This document shows, piece by piece, positions 1-9,195 of a DNA stretch of 64,000 nucleotides. Source of the stretch: Patescibacteria group bacterium (GTDB lineage: Bacteria > Patescibacteriota > Patescibacteriia > XYB2-FULL-38-15); contig JBGSRW010000006.1 in the NCBI GenBank assembly GCA_041737355.1, forward strand, positions 3,246 to 67,245. The letters are read 5' to 3'. Position 1 is the stretch's first letter; each line of letters starts with the position of its first letter. A model generated the notes under the pieces. That model was not told where the DNA came from. It saw only the letters and a list, made by a program, of their open reading frames with translations, and searched no databases. The position numbers and the translations under genes are program-made.

Positions 1-378
1 GATACGCAAATCGTCTTCGACAAGAAACCGGAACCGACCAGGATTGAAATCCAAAACGGAACTAAAAAGACCGGGCTTGCCGGACGGACCTCCCAGATGC
101 TTACGGAGCTGGGCTATAAAGTTGTAAAAGTCGGTAATGCCAAAGAGCAAAATTACGAACGGACCGTCATTTACGACCTGACCGGCGGCAAAAAAAATGA
201 CGAACTTGGCCTTCTGATGGAAAAATTCGATGCCGATCTTTCCCTCTCCGTCCCCTCTTGGATGACAAGCGATGTCACGCCAAGCGAAGTAACTATTTCA
301 AATCCCCCCGAATCCGCCTCTACCGCCAAATACAGCTCGGATTTCCTGATTATTCTCGGACAAAACGCTAAATTTTAA
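1..378 (+). CDS. C-terminal fragment (LytR_C domain) of an LCP-family (LytR/CpsA/Psr) cell-envelope protein; the 5' end lies outside the window
   Basis: Frame 1 is open from base 1 (DTQIVFDKKPEPTRIEIQNGTKKTGLAGRTSQMLTELGYKV...NAKEQNYERTVIY). This matches the LytR C-terminal domain pattern. Confidence 0.55.
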   Translation, partial: DTQIVFDKKPEPTRIEIQNGTKKTGLAGRTSQMLTELGYKVVKVGNAKEQNYERTVIYDLTGGKKNDELGLLMEKFDADLSLSVPSWMTSDVTPSEVTISNPPESASTAKYSSDFLIILGQNAKF

Positions 379-382
379 AAAT

Positions 383-1789
383 ATGCCGGAACGCGAGGAA
401 ACAAAAAATAAAATCACCAAACCCAACGAACCGTCAATTGCCATTGTCGGAAGGGCCAATGTCGGAAAATCAACTCTTTTCAACCGTCTTTTGGAACGGC
501 CCAAGGCAATGGTTTCTCCGATTGCCGGAACAACCAGGGACAGAAATTACGGCCGCGCCCGCTGGCGCGGTATGGATTTAATAATGGTGGACACGGGCGG
601 TCTCGAGGATGCCCAACCGTTAACCCAGGGCATTAAAAAACAAGTCGACATCGCTATTGCCAAAGCCGACCTTATTTTTTTTCTGATTGATATGAAAAGT
701 GGGATCCTTCCCCAGGACAGGACTATCGCCAAATTTTTAAAAAAATTGGGGAAACCCGTAATCCTGGTCGGGAATAAAGCCGACTCCCCTGAAATCATGG
801 ACCGCGCGGTGGAAAAGGAATGGCTAAAATTAAATTTTGGAAAACCTATCCCTGTATCCGCGGCTAACGGCGCCGGAACGGGCGATCTTCTGGATAAGGC
901 ATTTTCGGCCCTAAAAATAAAGTCGGCTAAAAAATCCGAAAATAATGACGTTGAGGCTATTCCTCCGATCAGAGTCGCGATTGTTGGAAAACCTAACGCG
1001 GGGAAATCATCTCTTGTTAATTCCCTCCTTGGCGAAGAGAGAGTTCTTGTAAGCGAAATACCCTTTACCACCCGCGAACCGCAGGACACTCTTTTGATTT
1101 ACGAAGATCAGCCTTTTCTTATTATCGATACGGTCGGGATGAGAAAAAACGCCAAAGTCGAGCCGGGCCTTGAAAGAGTCGGCGTCAAACGGAGTATCGC
1201 CGCCATGGAACGGGCCGATGTCGTGCTTTTTATTACCGAAGCCCAAAGCCAGATGACGGTCCAGGACAAACATCTCGCCCAGATGATTACTGAAAAAAAT
1301 ACCGGCTTAATCATTATCGCCAATAAATGGGATCTCGTAGAGGCCAAAGGTCCGGCAACGCCCAACCTATTTATAAATTATTACCGCGAATTTTTCCCAT
1401 CCCTGGCCTGGGCACCCATTCTTTTCGCCTCGGCCAAGACCGGAGAAAAAGTCCAAAAAATATTCGAAGCGATTTTAACCGTCAAAAAAGAACGGGAAAA
1501 ATTTTTGAGACAGGATCAACTGGGTAATTTTCTTCATCAAACCCTGGCCAAGCATTGGGCGGTTGTCCACCAAAGAAAAAAATCCGGCTTCGGCGCGCGG
1601 CCGTTCATAAAAAAAATCATACAAACCGGAATCCGTCCGCCCGCTTTCCAAATTGTTACGACCTCAAAAGAAAGAATTCCCGATGGTTTCATAAAATATA
1701 TTGAACGCCACATGAGAGAAAGCTTCGGATTCACAGGAACTCCGATCAGGATGGAAATAAAACAAGTTAAGGTGTCAAGGGATAAATAA
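383..1789 (+). CDS. der: GTPase Der/EngA (two tandem GTP-binding domains plus a KH-like C-terminal domain)
   Basis: Two G1 motifs (GRANVGKST, GKPNAGKSS), DTGG/DTVG and NKAD/NKWD motifs; 468 aa. Confidence 0.9.
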   Translation: MPEREETKNKITKPNEPSIAIVGRANVGKSTLFNRLLERPKAMVSPIAGTTRDRNYGRARWRGMDLIMVDTGGLEDAQPLTQGIKKQVDIAIAKADLIFFLIDMKSGILPQDRTIAKFLKKLGKPVILVGNKADSPEIMDRAVEKEWLKLNFGKPIPVSAANGAGTGDLLDKAFSALKIKSAKKSENNDVEAIPPIRVAIVGKPNAGKSSLVNSLLGEERVLVSEIPFTTREPQDTLLIYEDQPFLIIDTVGMRKNAKVEPGLERVGVKRSIAAMERADVVLFITEAQSQMTVQDKHLAQMITEKNTGLIIIANKWDLVEAKGPATPNLFINYYREFFPSLAWAPILFASAKTGEKVQKIFEAILTVKKEREKFLRQDQLGNFLHQTLAKHWAVVHQRKKSGFGARPFIKKIIQTGIRPPAFQIVTTSKERIPDGFIKYIERHMRESFGFTGTPIRMEIKQVKVSRDK

Positions 1790-1794
1790 ATTAT

Positions 1795-2352
1795 ATGAAA
1801 TTGGTTGTCGGCCTGGGAAACCCGGGCAAGGAATACGAAAAGACGCGGCACAACATCGGTTTTGAAATTGCCGAAATAATTGCCGAAGCCGCCTGGAAAA
1901 TAAATAAAAAATTCAGCGCGGAGATATCCGAAGGGAAAATCGGCCGGGAAAAAATTATTTTTTTGAAACCGCAAACTTTTATGAACGATTCCGGCAGAGC
2001 GGTTGCCGCGGCAGCCGGTTTTTACAAAATAAAACCTGCCGAAATTATCGTTATCCACGACGATATTGATTTGCCTCTCGGGAAAATAAGAATAAAAAAA
2101 GACGGCTCATCCGGGGGTCATCGCGGCGTGGAATCGATTATCACGGCACTCGGATCCCGGGATTTTCTTCGCCTCAAGATCGGCGTCGCTCCGGAGTCTA
2201 GGCCAAAAAATTTCAACGCAGCCAATTTTGTTTTAAAAAAATTCGGTAAAGCCGAAGACAAAACTCTGGAAAAAACAATCAAAAAAGCAACCGAAGCGGC
2301 TGCCTTGATTTTATCGGGAGAACCGGAGCGGGCGATGAATCTTTTCAATTAA
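1795..2352 (+). CDS. pth: peptidyl-tRNA hydrolase
   Basis: N-terminus MKLVVGLGNPGKEYEKTRHNIGF is the canonical Pth start; 185 aa. Confidence 0.9.
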   Translation: MKLVVGLGNPGKEYEKTRHNIGFEIAEIIAEAAWKINKKFSAEISEGKIGREKIIFLKPQTFMNDSGRAVAAAAGFYKIKPAEIIVIHDDIDLPLGKIRIKKDGSSGGHRGVESIITALGSRDFLRLKIGVAPESRPKNFNAANFVLKKFGKAEDKTLEKTIKKATEAAALILSGEPERAMNLFN

Positions 2353-2449
2353 TGCCCCGCCCATAACACTGCCTGCCAGCGTAAAGCCCATTCCGAAAAC
2401 GGAAAAAACTTTAACTTGTGGCTACTTGCGCTAGTCAGGAGGGTGACCG

Positions 2450-3643
2450 TTGCTTTCGCCGCTCGCAGGCAGAGGTATGGACAAGGATTCTTCCGAGTTT
2501 CCGATAATAAACTCTAACAAATTTAAAAATTTTGTCAACCCCATGATGCGAGAAGATGACCTAAAATATTGGGTCGCTATTTCCCGTAATCCAAAAATTG
2601 GCGCGACCCGTCTCGTAAGACTCTATAATTTTTTCCATTCCATGAAAGAAGCCTGGCAGGCTTCTTTTTCCGATTTAATAAGATCCGGGCTTGATGAAAA
2701 TATTATCCACGATTTTCTGGCGCAAAAAATGACAATTAATCCCGACGCTGAATGGGAAAAAATGGCTAAAGAAAATATCAAAGTTATAACCGTTAACGAT
2801 GAGCATTATCCAAAACTTTTAAAAGAAATCTGGAATCCGCCGGCCCTGCTTTATTTCTTAGGACATCTTCCGACGGACGAAGATTTTAATCTCGCCGTTG
2901 TCGGAACAAGAAAAATAAGCACTTACGGCCGGCAGCTGACCTCAATTCTTGTACGCGATCTCGTGCAAAACGGATTTACGGTTGTGAGCGGCCTGGCTTT
3001 GGGTGTTGACGCCCTGGCCCATAAAACAACGGTTGACGCCGGGGGAAAAACTATCGCCGTTCTGGGTTCGGGTATCGATTCGGAAAGTATTTATCCGGTA
3101 CAAAACCGCTATCTCGTTTCGCAAATTATCGATTCGGGCGGAGCAATAATCTCCGAGTATCCGCTTGGTTCAATCGCCCTGCCAACCAATTTCCCACAGA
3201 GAAACAGAATTGTCTCCGGCCTGTCGCTTGGCACCCTGGTAATAGAGGCGGCCGAAGAATCCGGCGCCTTGATTACCGCCAAATGCGCCCTTGAGCAAAA
3301 CCGCGAAGTTTTTGCCGTTCCCGGAAGTATTTTCAGCCCGACTTCGGCCGGACCGAACAAGCTCATCAAAATGGGCGCTAAAACCGTCACGACGGTTGCC
3401 GATATTTTGGAAACTCTTAATTTGTCGCAAGCCGCCGATTTTACCAGAAACCGAAAAACTCTTCCCGCCTCGCCGGAAGAAGAAAAAATCCTGACAAATC
3501 TATCACTTGAACCGACCCATGTCGACAAGCTGATTTTAACCTCGGGACTTGACGCGGCAAAAGTCGGTGCTATACTAACCCTCATGGAAATGAAGGGAAT
3601 GATCAGGAATCTCGGCGGAATGAACTATGTTTTGATGAAATAA
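2450..3643 (+). CDS. dprA: DNA processing protein DprA (Smf)
   Basis: DprA Rossmann core (GLALGVDALAHKTTVDAGGKTIAVLGSGID) and a C-terminal winged helix. TTG start preceded by AGGAGGGTGA; an alternative ATG at 2478. Confidence 0.8.
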   Translation: MLSPLAGRGMDKDSSEFPIINSNKFKNFVNPMMREDDLKYWVAISRNPKIGATRLVRLYNFFHSMKEAWQASFSDLIRSGLDENIIHDFLAQKMTINPDAEWEKMAKENIKVITVNDEHYPKLLKEIWNPPALLYFLGHLPTDEDFNLAVVGTRKISTYGRQLTSILVRDLVQNGFTVVSGLALGVDALAHKTTVDAGGKTIAVLGSGIDSESIYPVQNRYLVSQIIDSGGAIISEYPLGSIALPTNFPQRNRIVSGLSLGTLVIEAAEESGALITAKCALEQNREVFAVPGSIFSPTSAGPNKLIKMGAKTVTTVADILETLNLSQAADFTRNRKTLPASPEEEKILTNLSLEPTHVDKLILTSGLDAAKVGAILTLMEMKGMIRNLGGMNYVLMK

Positions 3644-3663
3644 AAAATTTTTATAAATATCTT

Positions 3664-5898
3664 ATGAATCTCGTCATCGTCGAGTCCCCCACTAAAGCCA
3701 AGACTATTTCCCGTTTTTTGGGGAAAGATTTTGTAATTAAATCGTCCTTCGGGCATCTGCGCGACCTGCCGCAAAAAGAAATGGGCATTGATATAGAGCA
3801 CGATTTCGCGCCGCATTACGTCGTGCCGAGGAAAAACCAGAAGACGGTTACGGATCTCAAGAAATCCGCCGCCAAGGCAAAATACATTTATTTCGCTTCC
3901 GACGAAGACCGCGAAGGAGAGGCGATTTCCTGGCACCTCGCCCAGATTTTGAAACCAAAAAAAGAGCAGACGCGCCGTATCGCTTTTCATGAAATTACTA
4001 AAGACGCGATTTTGGAAGCCCTTGAGCATCCCCGGGAAATAGATTTGAATATGGTCGACGCCCAGCAGGCCCGCCGAGTTTTGGACCGCCTGGTCGGCTA
4101 CGAACTCTCGCCATTTTTATGGCGCAAGGTTGCCAAAGGCTTATCTGCCGGCCGCGTTCAGTCGGTCGCCGTCCGCCTAATCGTTGAAAGGGAACGGGAA
4201 ATCCAGAAATTCATCCCCCAGGAATACTGGGGCATTGAAGGTGAATTTGAGAAAGAAAGCGGTAAAGAAAAATTTTTGGCAAAATTGAATAAAATCGACG
4301 ACGAGGTCCTGGATAAATTCGCCATCAAATCAAAAAACGAATCGGATAAAATTTTAAAAGATCTGGACGGCCGGACTTATGAAGTAATTGATATCGACGA
4401 AAAAGAAACCAAGCGCACTCCTCCCCCGCCTTTTACGACGTCCACCCTGCAACAGGATGCCAACCGCCGCCTGGGATTTTCCGCCAAGCAAACGATGGTT
4501 ATCGCCCAGCAGCTCTACGAGGGCGCGGAACTCGGAGGCGATGGTTCAATCGGCTTGATCACCTACATGAGAACTGATTCGGTTAATCTCGCGGAAAAAT
4601 TCCTCTCCGAAGGCCGGGCGGTTTTGGAAAAAACTTTCGGAAAAAAATATCTCTCGCCCTCCCCCCGCCGTTTTGCCACAAAATCAAAACTCGCCCAGGA
4701 GGCCCATGAAGCCATCCGTCCGACCGAGGCGGCGCGTGATCCGGAATCGGTCCGGCCGTATTTGGACGACCATCAATACAAACTTTATAATCTTATCTGG
4801 CGGCGGGCCATGGCTAGCCAAATGGCCGACGCCTCGCTCTTGAGCACCGGAGTCGATATTGCCGCGATAAAAGCCGGAGCGAAAAAACTCTACACTTTCC
4901 GGGCCAACGGCCTGACAATAAAATTTGACGGCTTTTTGAAAGTTTACGGAACAAGCCAGGAAAATATCTTGCCGGTTTTCAAAGTCAAAGAACCGCTGGA
5001 ACTTTTGAAATTGAATCCGGCCCAGCATTTTACCGAACCGCCGGCCCGCTATTCCGACGCTTCGATTGTTAAAGCGTTGGAAGAATACGGCATCGGCCGG
5101 CCGTCAACTTACGCCCCGACCATTTCCACGATTATTGACCGCGGCTACGTTGAACGGATTGAGGCGCGGCGGCTTAAGCCGACCGAGATTGCTTTTATGG
5201 TAAATGATTTATTGGTTGCCCACTTCCCCAAAATTGTCGATTACAAATTCACCGCTGCCATGGAAAGCGACTTGGATGAAATCGCCGAAGGAAAAAAGAA
5301 ATGGGTCCCGGTGATAAAAGAATTTTACGGACCCTTCAAGGAAAACCTTGACCAAAAATACAAAGAAATAGACAAGAAGGAATTGACCGAAGAAGCTACC
5401 AAGGAAATCTGTGATAAATGCGGTTCGCCCATGGTAATAAAAATGGGGCGCTACGGAAAATTTCTCGCCTGCAGCGGTTTCCCCAAATGCCGGAATATCA
5501 AGTCACTCGCCAAAGAAGGCGAAGCGCTTGAACCGGAAACGACCAATGAAATCTGCGATAAATGCGGCGCGCCAATGATAATAAAACACGGCCGGTTCGG
5601 AAAATTCTTGTCCTGCTCAAAATATCCAGAATGCAAAAATATGAAGCCGCTTTTAAAATCGACCGGCGTTACTTGTTCCGAATGCGGTAAAGGTGAAATC
5701 GTTGAACGCCGCTCCAAACGCGGCCGGACATTTTATTCCTGCAACCGCTATCCGGATTGCAAATTCGCCCTCTGGTCAAAACCGACCGGCGAAAAATGTC
5801 CCAAGTGCGGAAAATTGTTGATCTACGGAAAAAAGGATACCATCGTCTGCTCCAACCAGGAATGTGATTTTAAAAAAGAAAATACCGCGTCATCCTAA
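3664..5898 (+). CDS. topA: DNA topoisomerase I with four C-terminal C4 zinc-ribbon repeats
   Basis: Toprim N-terminus (MNLVIVESPTKAKTI), an active-site Tyr region, and repeated CDKCG...CSGFPKC zinc ribbons. Confidence 0.92.
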   Translation: MNLVIVESPTKAKTISRFLGKDFVIKSSFGHLRDLPQKEMGIDIEHDFAPHYVVPRKNQKTVTDLKKSAAKAKYIYFASDEDREGEAISWHLAQILKPKKEQTRRIAFHEITKDAILEALEHPREIDLNMVDAQQARRVLDRLVGYELSPFLWRKVAKGLSAGRVQSVAVRLIVEREREIQKFIPQEYWGIEGEFEKESGKEKFLAKLNKIDDEVLDKFAIKSKNESDKILKDLDGRTYEVIDIDEKETKRTPPPPFTTSTLQQDANRRLGFSAKQTMVIAQQLYEGAELGGDGSIGLITYMRTDSVNLAEKFLSEGRAVLEKTFGKKYLSPSPRRFATKSKLAQEAHEAIRPTEAARDPESVRPYLDDHQYKLYNLIWRRAMASQMADASLLSTGVDIAAIKAGAKKLYTFRANGLTIKFDGFLKVYGTSQENILPVFKVKEPLELLKLNPAQHFTEPPARYSDASIVKALEEYGIGRPSTYAPTISTIIDRGYVERIEARRLKPTEIAFMVNDLLVAHFPKIVDYKFTAAMESDLDEIAEGKKKWVPVIKEFYGPFKENLDQKYKEIDKKELTEEATKEICDKCGSPMVIKMGRYGKFLACSGFPKCRNIKSLAKEGEALEPETTNEICDKCGAPMIIKHGRFGKFLSCSKYPECKNMKPLLKSTGVTCSECGKGEIVERRSKRGRTFYSCNRYPDCKFALWSKPTGEKCPKCGKLLIYGKKDTIVCSNQECDFKKENTASS

Positions 5899-5912
5899 AA
5901 ATCTCCGACAAA

Positions 5913-5941
5913 AAACACCCCGGTCTTCGCCGGGGTGTTTC
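5913..5941. terminator. bidirectional rho-independent terminator between topA (+) and the 515-aa gene (-)
   Basis: Perfect hairpin aacaccccgg-tcttcg-ccggggtgtt flanked by A/T runs on both sides. Confidence 0.75.
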
Positions 5942-5964
5942 GATTCAATCTCCGGAAATATTAT

Positions 5965-7512
5965 TTATTTTTTCCCCTTCTTTTTTCTCTCTTCTTCTCC
6001 TAATATCCTCAAAGCTTCGTCCAACATATCGTCAGGGAAAGCCTCGTCGAGCGCAGCTCGTCTGCCCCACCAAGCTTTTTTATTAAATTCTTCACTCTTT
6101 ACGGACATGTCTTCGTCTATTAAATATTCGTAAGTCTTGCGATCAGTAAACAGAACTGCTTCTCCGTAAGGCTCTAGCGCCTTGTCAGATTTCTCTAGCG
6201 CATTTTCTAATTCCTCAGATTGCAACATCTTACTTGCTCTTTCCAACGCAATCCTTGCTCCCAGCGCATCTCTAACCCAGGCTATTATATTGTCCATTTC
6301 GTCTTCATCGAGTTCCTCTCCGCTTGCAAAAAGTTCAGATGCCTTTTTGATATTTGCTAGCCATTCTCCCTCCGTCAATCGGCGTGCTATTGCAGATGCA
6401 ACGGGAACAGCTCTGTCTCCCCCCCTACCCCTTGCTATCTCACACGCCGTAGAAAAAGCTTTTCGGGCTTCTTGCCGGGGGGAAAGTACGCCAAATTCTA
6501 TTGGCATTTCTAGCGATCCGGTAATATCGTCTCCGACCTCGACTCTCAAGCTTTGTCTTTTAACACCCCTTTTAACGGGTACCAAAACTTCCGGTTTACC
6601 CGGCCAACACAATTTTATACCTTTTTCCGTCGACTTTACCTCTAGCTTTGCTTCGGGTCCGAGGTGCGGAAGGGGAAATCTCATTTCAACCCGCTCACCA
6701 TCAAGGGAGAGACTAGAATCTCCTAAGTATAGATAGTGCGTCCTTGAAATCCACTCTGCCCTTTCTTTCCTGTAAGTCTCTCTCCACTCGCCGTCTTCCC
6801 TAACTTTTTCTTGCAAAAAGGCCTCATCTTCCGGATGTAGATTACTGCAGTGCCATTCCCACATTATTTTTTTTCTATCCGTCCCCTTTTCCTCAAACTC
6901 CCCGGTACGAGCCCCCGGTTGTATCGCACTCCAAGGAGCTATATCGGGGCCATATTTTTTTGTTGCCTCATAGGCTGCTCGGCCATGCACCCATGAATTT
7001 GGCATTTTCGCCGCTACCTCAGTTCTCTGCTCTACCGCTTCCCCTAAATCCTTTTTTATTCCGGTAATCCAGGGAAGATTTTCTTTAGAAAGATTGGCAA
7101 GAGTTCGCTGGGCTAAATCCAACTTAGCGGCTCTCTCTAGCAAATCTTTTTGCTCCTCTTCAATTTGCCATTCCTGAAGTCCTTTCTTCGAGTAATCTGA
7201 CTTGAATATAAGGTCTATATATTCTTTCAGATCCGATCTGCCAACTACTTCCGCAACTGCCTTTTCTTTTTCCTTAAAATACTGCTCGAGTTCCCGCAAC
7301 ATTTCTTGATTCAATTGTTTACTCTCTCCGTCATACCATGCTCCATAAGCTGATGCCAAAATTTCAATAAATTCGTTAGGTGTTCTAGGTCCTTCCTCCC
7401 TTACCATCCGATCGAAATCACCATAGCCTTCGAAAATTTCATCAAATTTTTTTGTTTTCTTTGTTCCCTGTCCAGCTGCTGATTCGGGAGAAAATCTTCC
7501 TTCTCCATTCAT
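5965..7512 (-). CDS. hypothetical 515-aa highly charged (E/K/R/D-rich) protein with no recognisable domain (module copy A gene)
   Basis: Long ORF, purine-rich coding strand, terminator downstream and the conserved (AG)n leader module upstream. No motifs recognised. Confidence 0.6.
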   Translation of the reverse strand: MNGEGRFSPESAAGQGTKKTKKFDEIFEGYGDFDRMVREEGPRTPNEFIEILASAYGAWYDGESKQLNQEMLRELEQYFKEKEKAVAEVVGRSDLKEYIDLIFKSDYSKKGLQEWQIEEEQKDLLERAAKLDLAQRTLANLSKENLPWITGIKKDLGEAVEQRTEVAAKMPNSWVHGRAAYEATKKYGPDIAPWSAIQPGARTGEFEEKGTDRKKIMWEWHCSNLHPEDEAFLQEKVREDGEWRETYRKERAEWISRTHYLYLGDSSLSLDGERVEMRFPLPHLGPEAKLEVKSTEKGIKLCWPGKPEVLVPVKRGVKRQSLRVEVGDDITGSLEMPIEFGVLSPRQEARKAFSTACEIARGRGGDRAVPVASAIARRLTEGEWLANIKKASELFASGEELDEDEMDNIIAWVRDALGARIALERASKMLQSEELENALEKSDKALEPYGEAVLFTDRKTYEYLIDEDMSVKSEEFNKKAWWGRRAALDEAFPDDMLDEALRILGEEERKKKGKK

Positions 7513-7600
7513 AAATTTAAAAAATAATAATTAACTCCTCCAATTAAAATAGTACTCTCTCTCTCTCTCTCTCTCTGGTTTTTGCAATTGAAAAAAATGA
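7513..7600 (-). promoter_or_regulatory. conserved leader/promoter module copy A: TTGCAA ... (AG)11 ... TACTAT ... GGAGGAG ... TAATTATTATTTTTTAAATTT ATG
   Basis: (CT)11 at 7555-7576 on the + strand. Near-identical architecture at 20692-20770. Confidence 0.6.
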
Positions 7601-7654
7601 CTTTTTGTCAAGGGTTATTTACAAAACCACCATTTTTATATAAACTTAATCGGT

Positions 7655-9142
7655 ATGGCCACGGTTGATGATTTAATCCAACGCATCAAATCTTACGCTC
7701 CGAATTCCGATACGGATTTGGTCCGCTTGGCTTTTGATTACGCCAAAAAAGCGCATAGCGGACAAAGGCGGCTTTCCGGCGAACCGTATATCAACCATCC
7801 GCTCGCGACCGCCATGAATCTGGCGGAAATGAAACTGCACCAGGATATTATTATTGCCGGCCTCCTGCACGACATTCCCGAAGATACCCATCCGGAAAAT
7901 CCGGAAATCGCCCTCAGGGAAATAAAACACAATTTCGGCGAAGAAGTCGCTTTCATGGTCAGGGGTATTACCAAACTCGGAAAAATAAAATACCGCGGCA
8001 TGGAACGGTATTTAGAAAATCTGCGCAAGATGTTTGTTGCTATGGCCGAAGATGTCCGGGTTGTTTTTATCAAATTCGCTGATCGGCTTCATAATCTGGA
8101 AACGCTGGATGCCCAGCCGCCGGCAAAACAGAAAAGGATTGCCATGGAGACCATGGAAATTTACGCCCCGATCGCCAACCGCCTTGGCATGTTTGACATC
8201 AAGGGACGGCTTGAAGATTTATCTTTCCAATATCTTTACTCTAAAGATTTTGAGGAACTAAAAAAAGAAGTTACTCCCCGCTTCAGGACCAAGGAAGATT
8301 ATTTGAAAAAAATCCGGGTAAAACTTTTGAAAACCTTGTCCACTTTTTCCCTGGGCGCGCCCGGAGAAAAAGGCGAACCGCAGCGGATTAAAGTTTATTC
8401 GATCCACGGCCGGACAAAACGCCTTTGGAGCATTTACCAAAAATTACAGACTAAAGGGCATGAGGATATTTCAAAAATTTATGATATCGTCGCCCTGCGC
8501 GTTATTGTTGAAACGGTCGCCGAATGCTACACTGTTTTGGGAATTATCCATCAGATATGGAAGCCCTTAAAAGGCCGGATCAAGGATTATATCGCTCAGC
8601 CAAAACCGAACGGCTACCAGTCGCTTCATACAACCGTTTTCTGCGACGAGGGAGAAATCGTCGAATTCCAGATCAGAACAAAAAAAATGCACGACGAAGC
8701 AGAATACGGTATTGCTGCCCACTGGTATTACGACGAAGACGGATCAAAACCGATCAACCGCGAAGTAAAATGGGTCAAGGAGCTTACGAAGTGGAAAAAA
8801 GAATTTGAGGAAAACCAGAGATATTTGGAATCCTTGAAAATAGACGTTTTTCAAAACCGCATCTTCGTTTTTACCCCCAAAGGCGACGTTATTGATCTGC
8901 CGGAAGAGGCCACGCCGGTAGATTTTGCCTATACCCTGCATACAGATTTGGGAGACAAATGCATGGGAACAAAAATAAATGAACAAATGGCCAAGCTTGA
9001 TACGAAATTGCATTCCGGCGACGTGGTGGAAATCGTTATTGACAAAAACCGTAAAACCCCTTCTTCCGACTGGCTAAAATTTGTCAAAACAAACGTTGCC
9101 AAACACAAAATAAAAAGCCGGATTAAAAACAGTAAAAAATAA
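7655..9142 (+). CDS. rel: (p)ppGpp synthetase/hydrolase Rel/SpoT homolog, short form (HD, synthetase and TGS domains; no C-terminal ACT/zinc-finger regulatory domains)
   Basis: HD motif HDIPEDT, a synthetase core (RVIVETVAECYTVLGIIHQ..YQSLHTTV) and a TGS-like C-terminus; 495 aa. Confidence 0.85.
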   Translation: MATVDDLIQRIKSYAPNSDTDLVRLAFDYAKKAHSGQRRLSGEPYINHPLATAMNLAEMKLHQDIIIAGLLHDIPEDTHPENPEIALREIKHNFGEEVAFMVRGITKLGKIKYRGMERYLENLRKMFVAMAEDVRVVFIKFADRLHNLETLDAQPPAKQKRIAMETMEIYAPIANRLGMFDIKGRLEDLSFQYLYSKDFEELKKEVTPRFRTKEDYLKKIRVKLLKTLSTFSLGAPGEKGEPQRIKVYSIHGRTKRLWSIYQKLQTKGHEDISKIYDIVALRVIVETVAECYTVLGIIHQIWKPLKGRIKDYIAQPKPNGYQSLHTTVFCDEGEIVEFQIRTKKMHDEAEYGIAAHWYYDEDGSKPINREVKWVKELTKWKKEFEENQRYLESLKIDVFQNRIFVFTPKGDVIDLPEEATPVDFAYTLHTDLGDKCMGTKINEQMAKLDTKLHSGDVVEIVIDKNRKTPSSDWLKFVKTNVAKHKIKSRIKNSKK

Positions 9143-9195
9143 ATTCGTATAATAAAAAATTGCTCCGGAGTGTACGAAGCAATTTTTTATATCTT

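Noticed and set aside
5390-5880. Tandemly repeated DNA segments of about 100 bp (gaaatctg[c/t]gataaatgcgg...) that at first glance resemble a repeat array
   Set aside because: They are in-frame and encode the repeated C4 zinc-ribbon domains of topoisomerase I. They are protein-domain repeats, not a CRISPR array or other non-coding array.
7555-7576. The (CT)n tracts considered as part of a CRISPR-like or spacer array
   Set aside because: There are only two copies, 13 kb apart, with no spacer-repeat periodicity. They are simple dinucleotide microsatellites embedded in a shared leader module.
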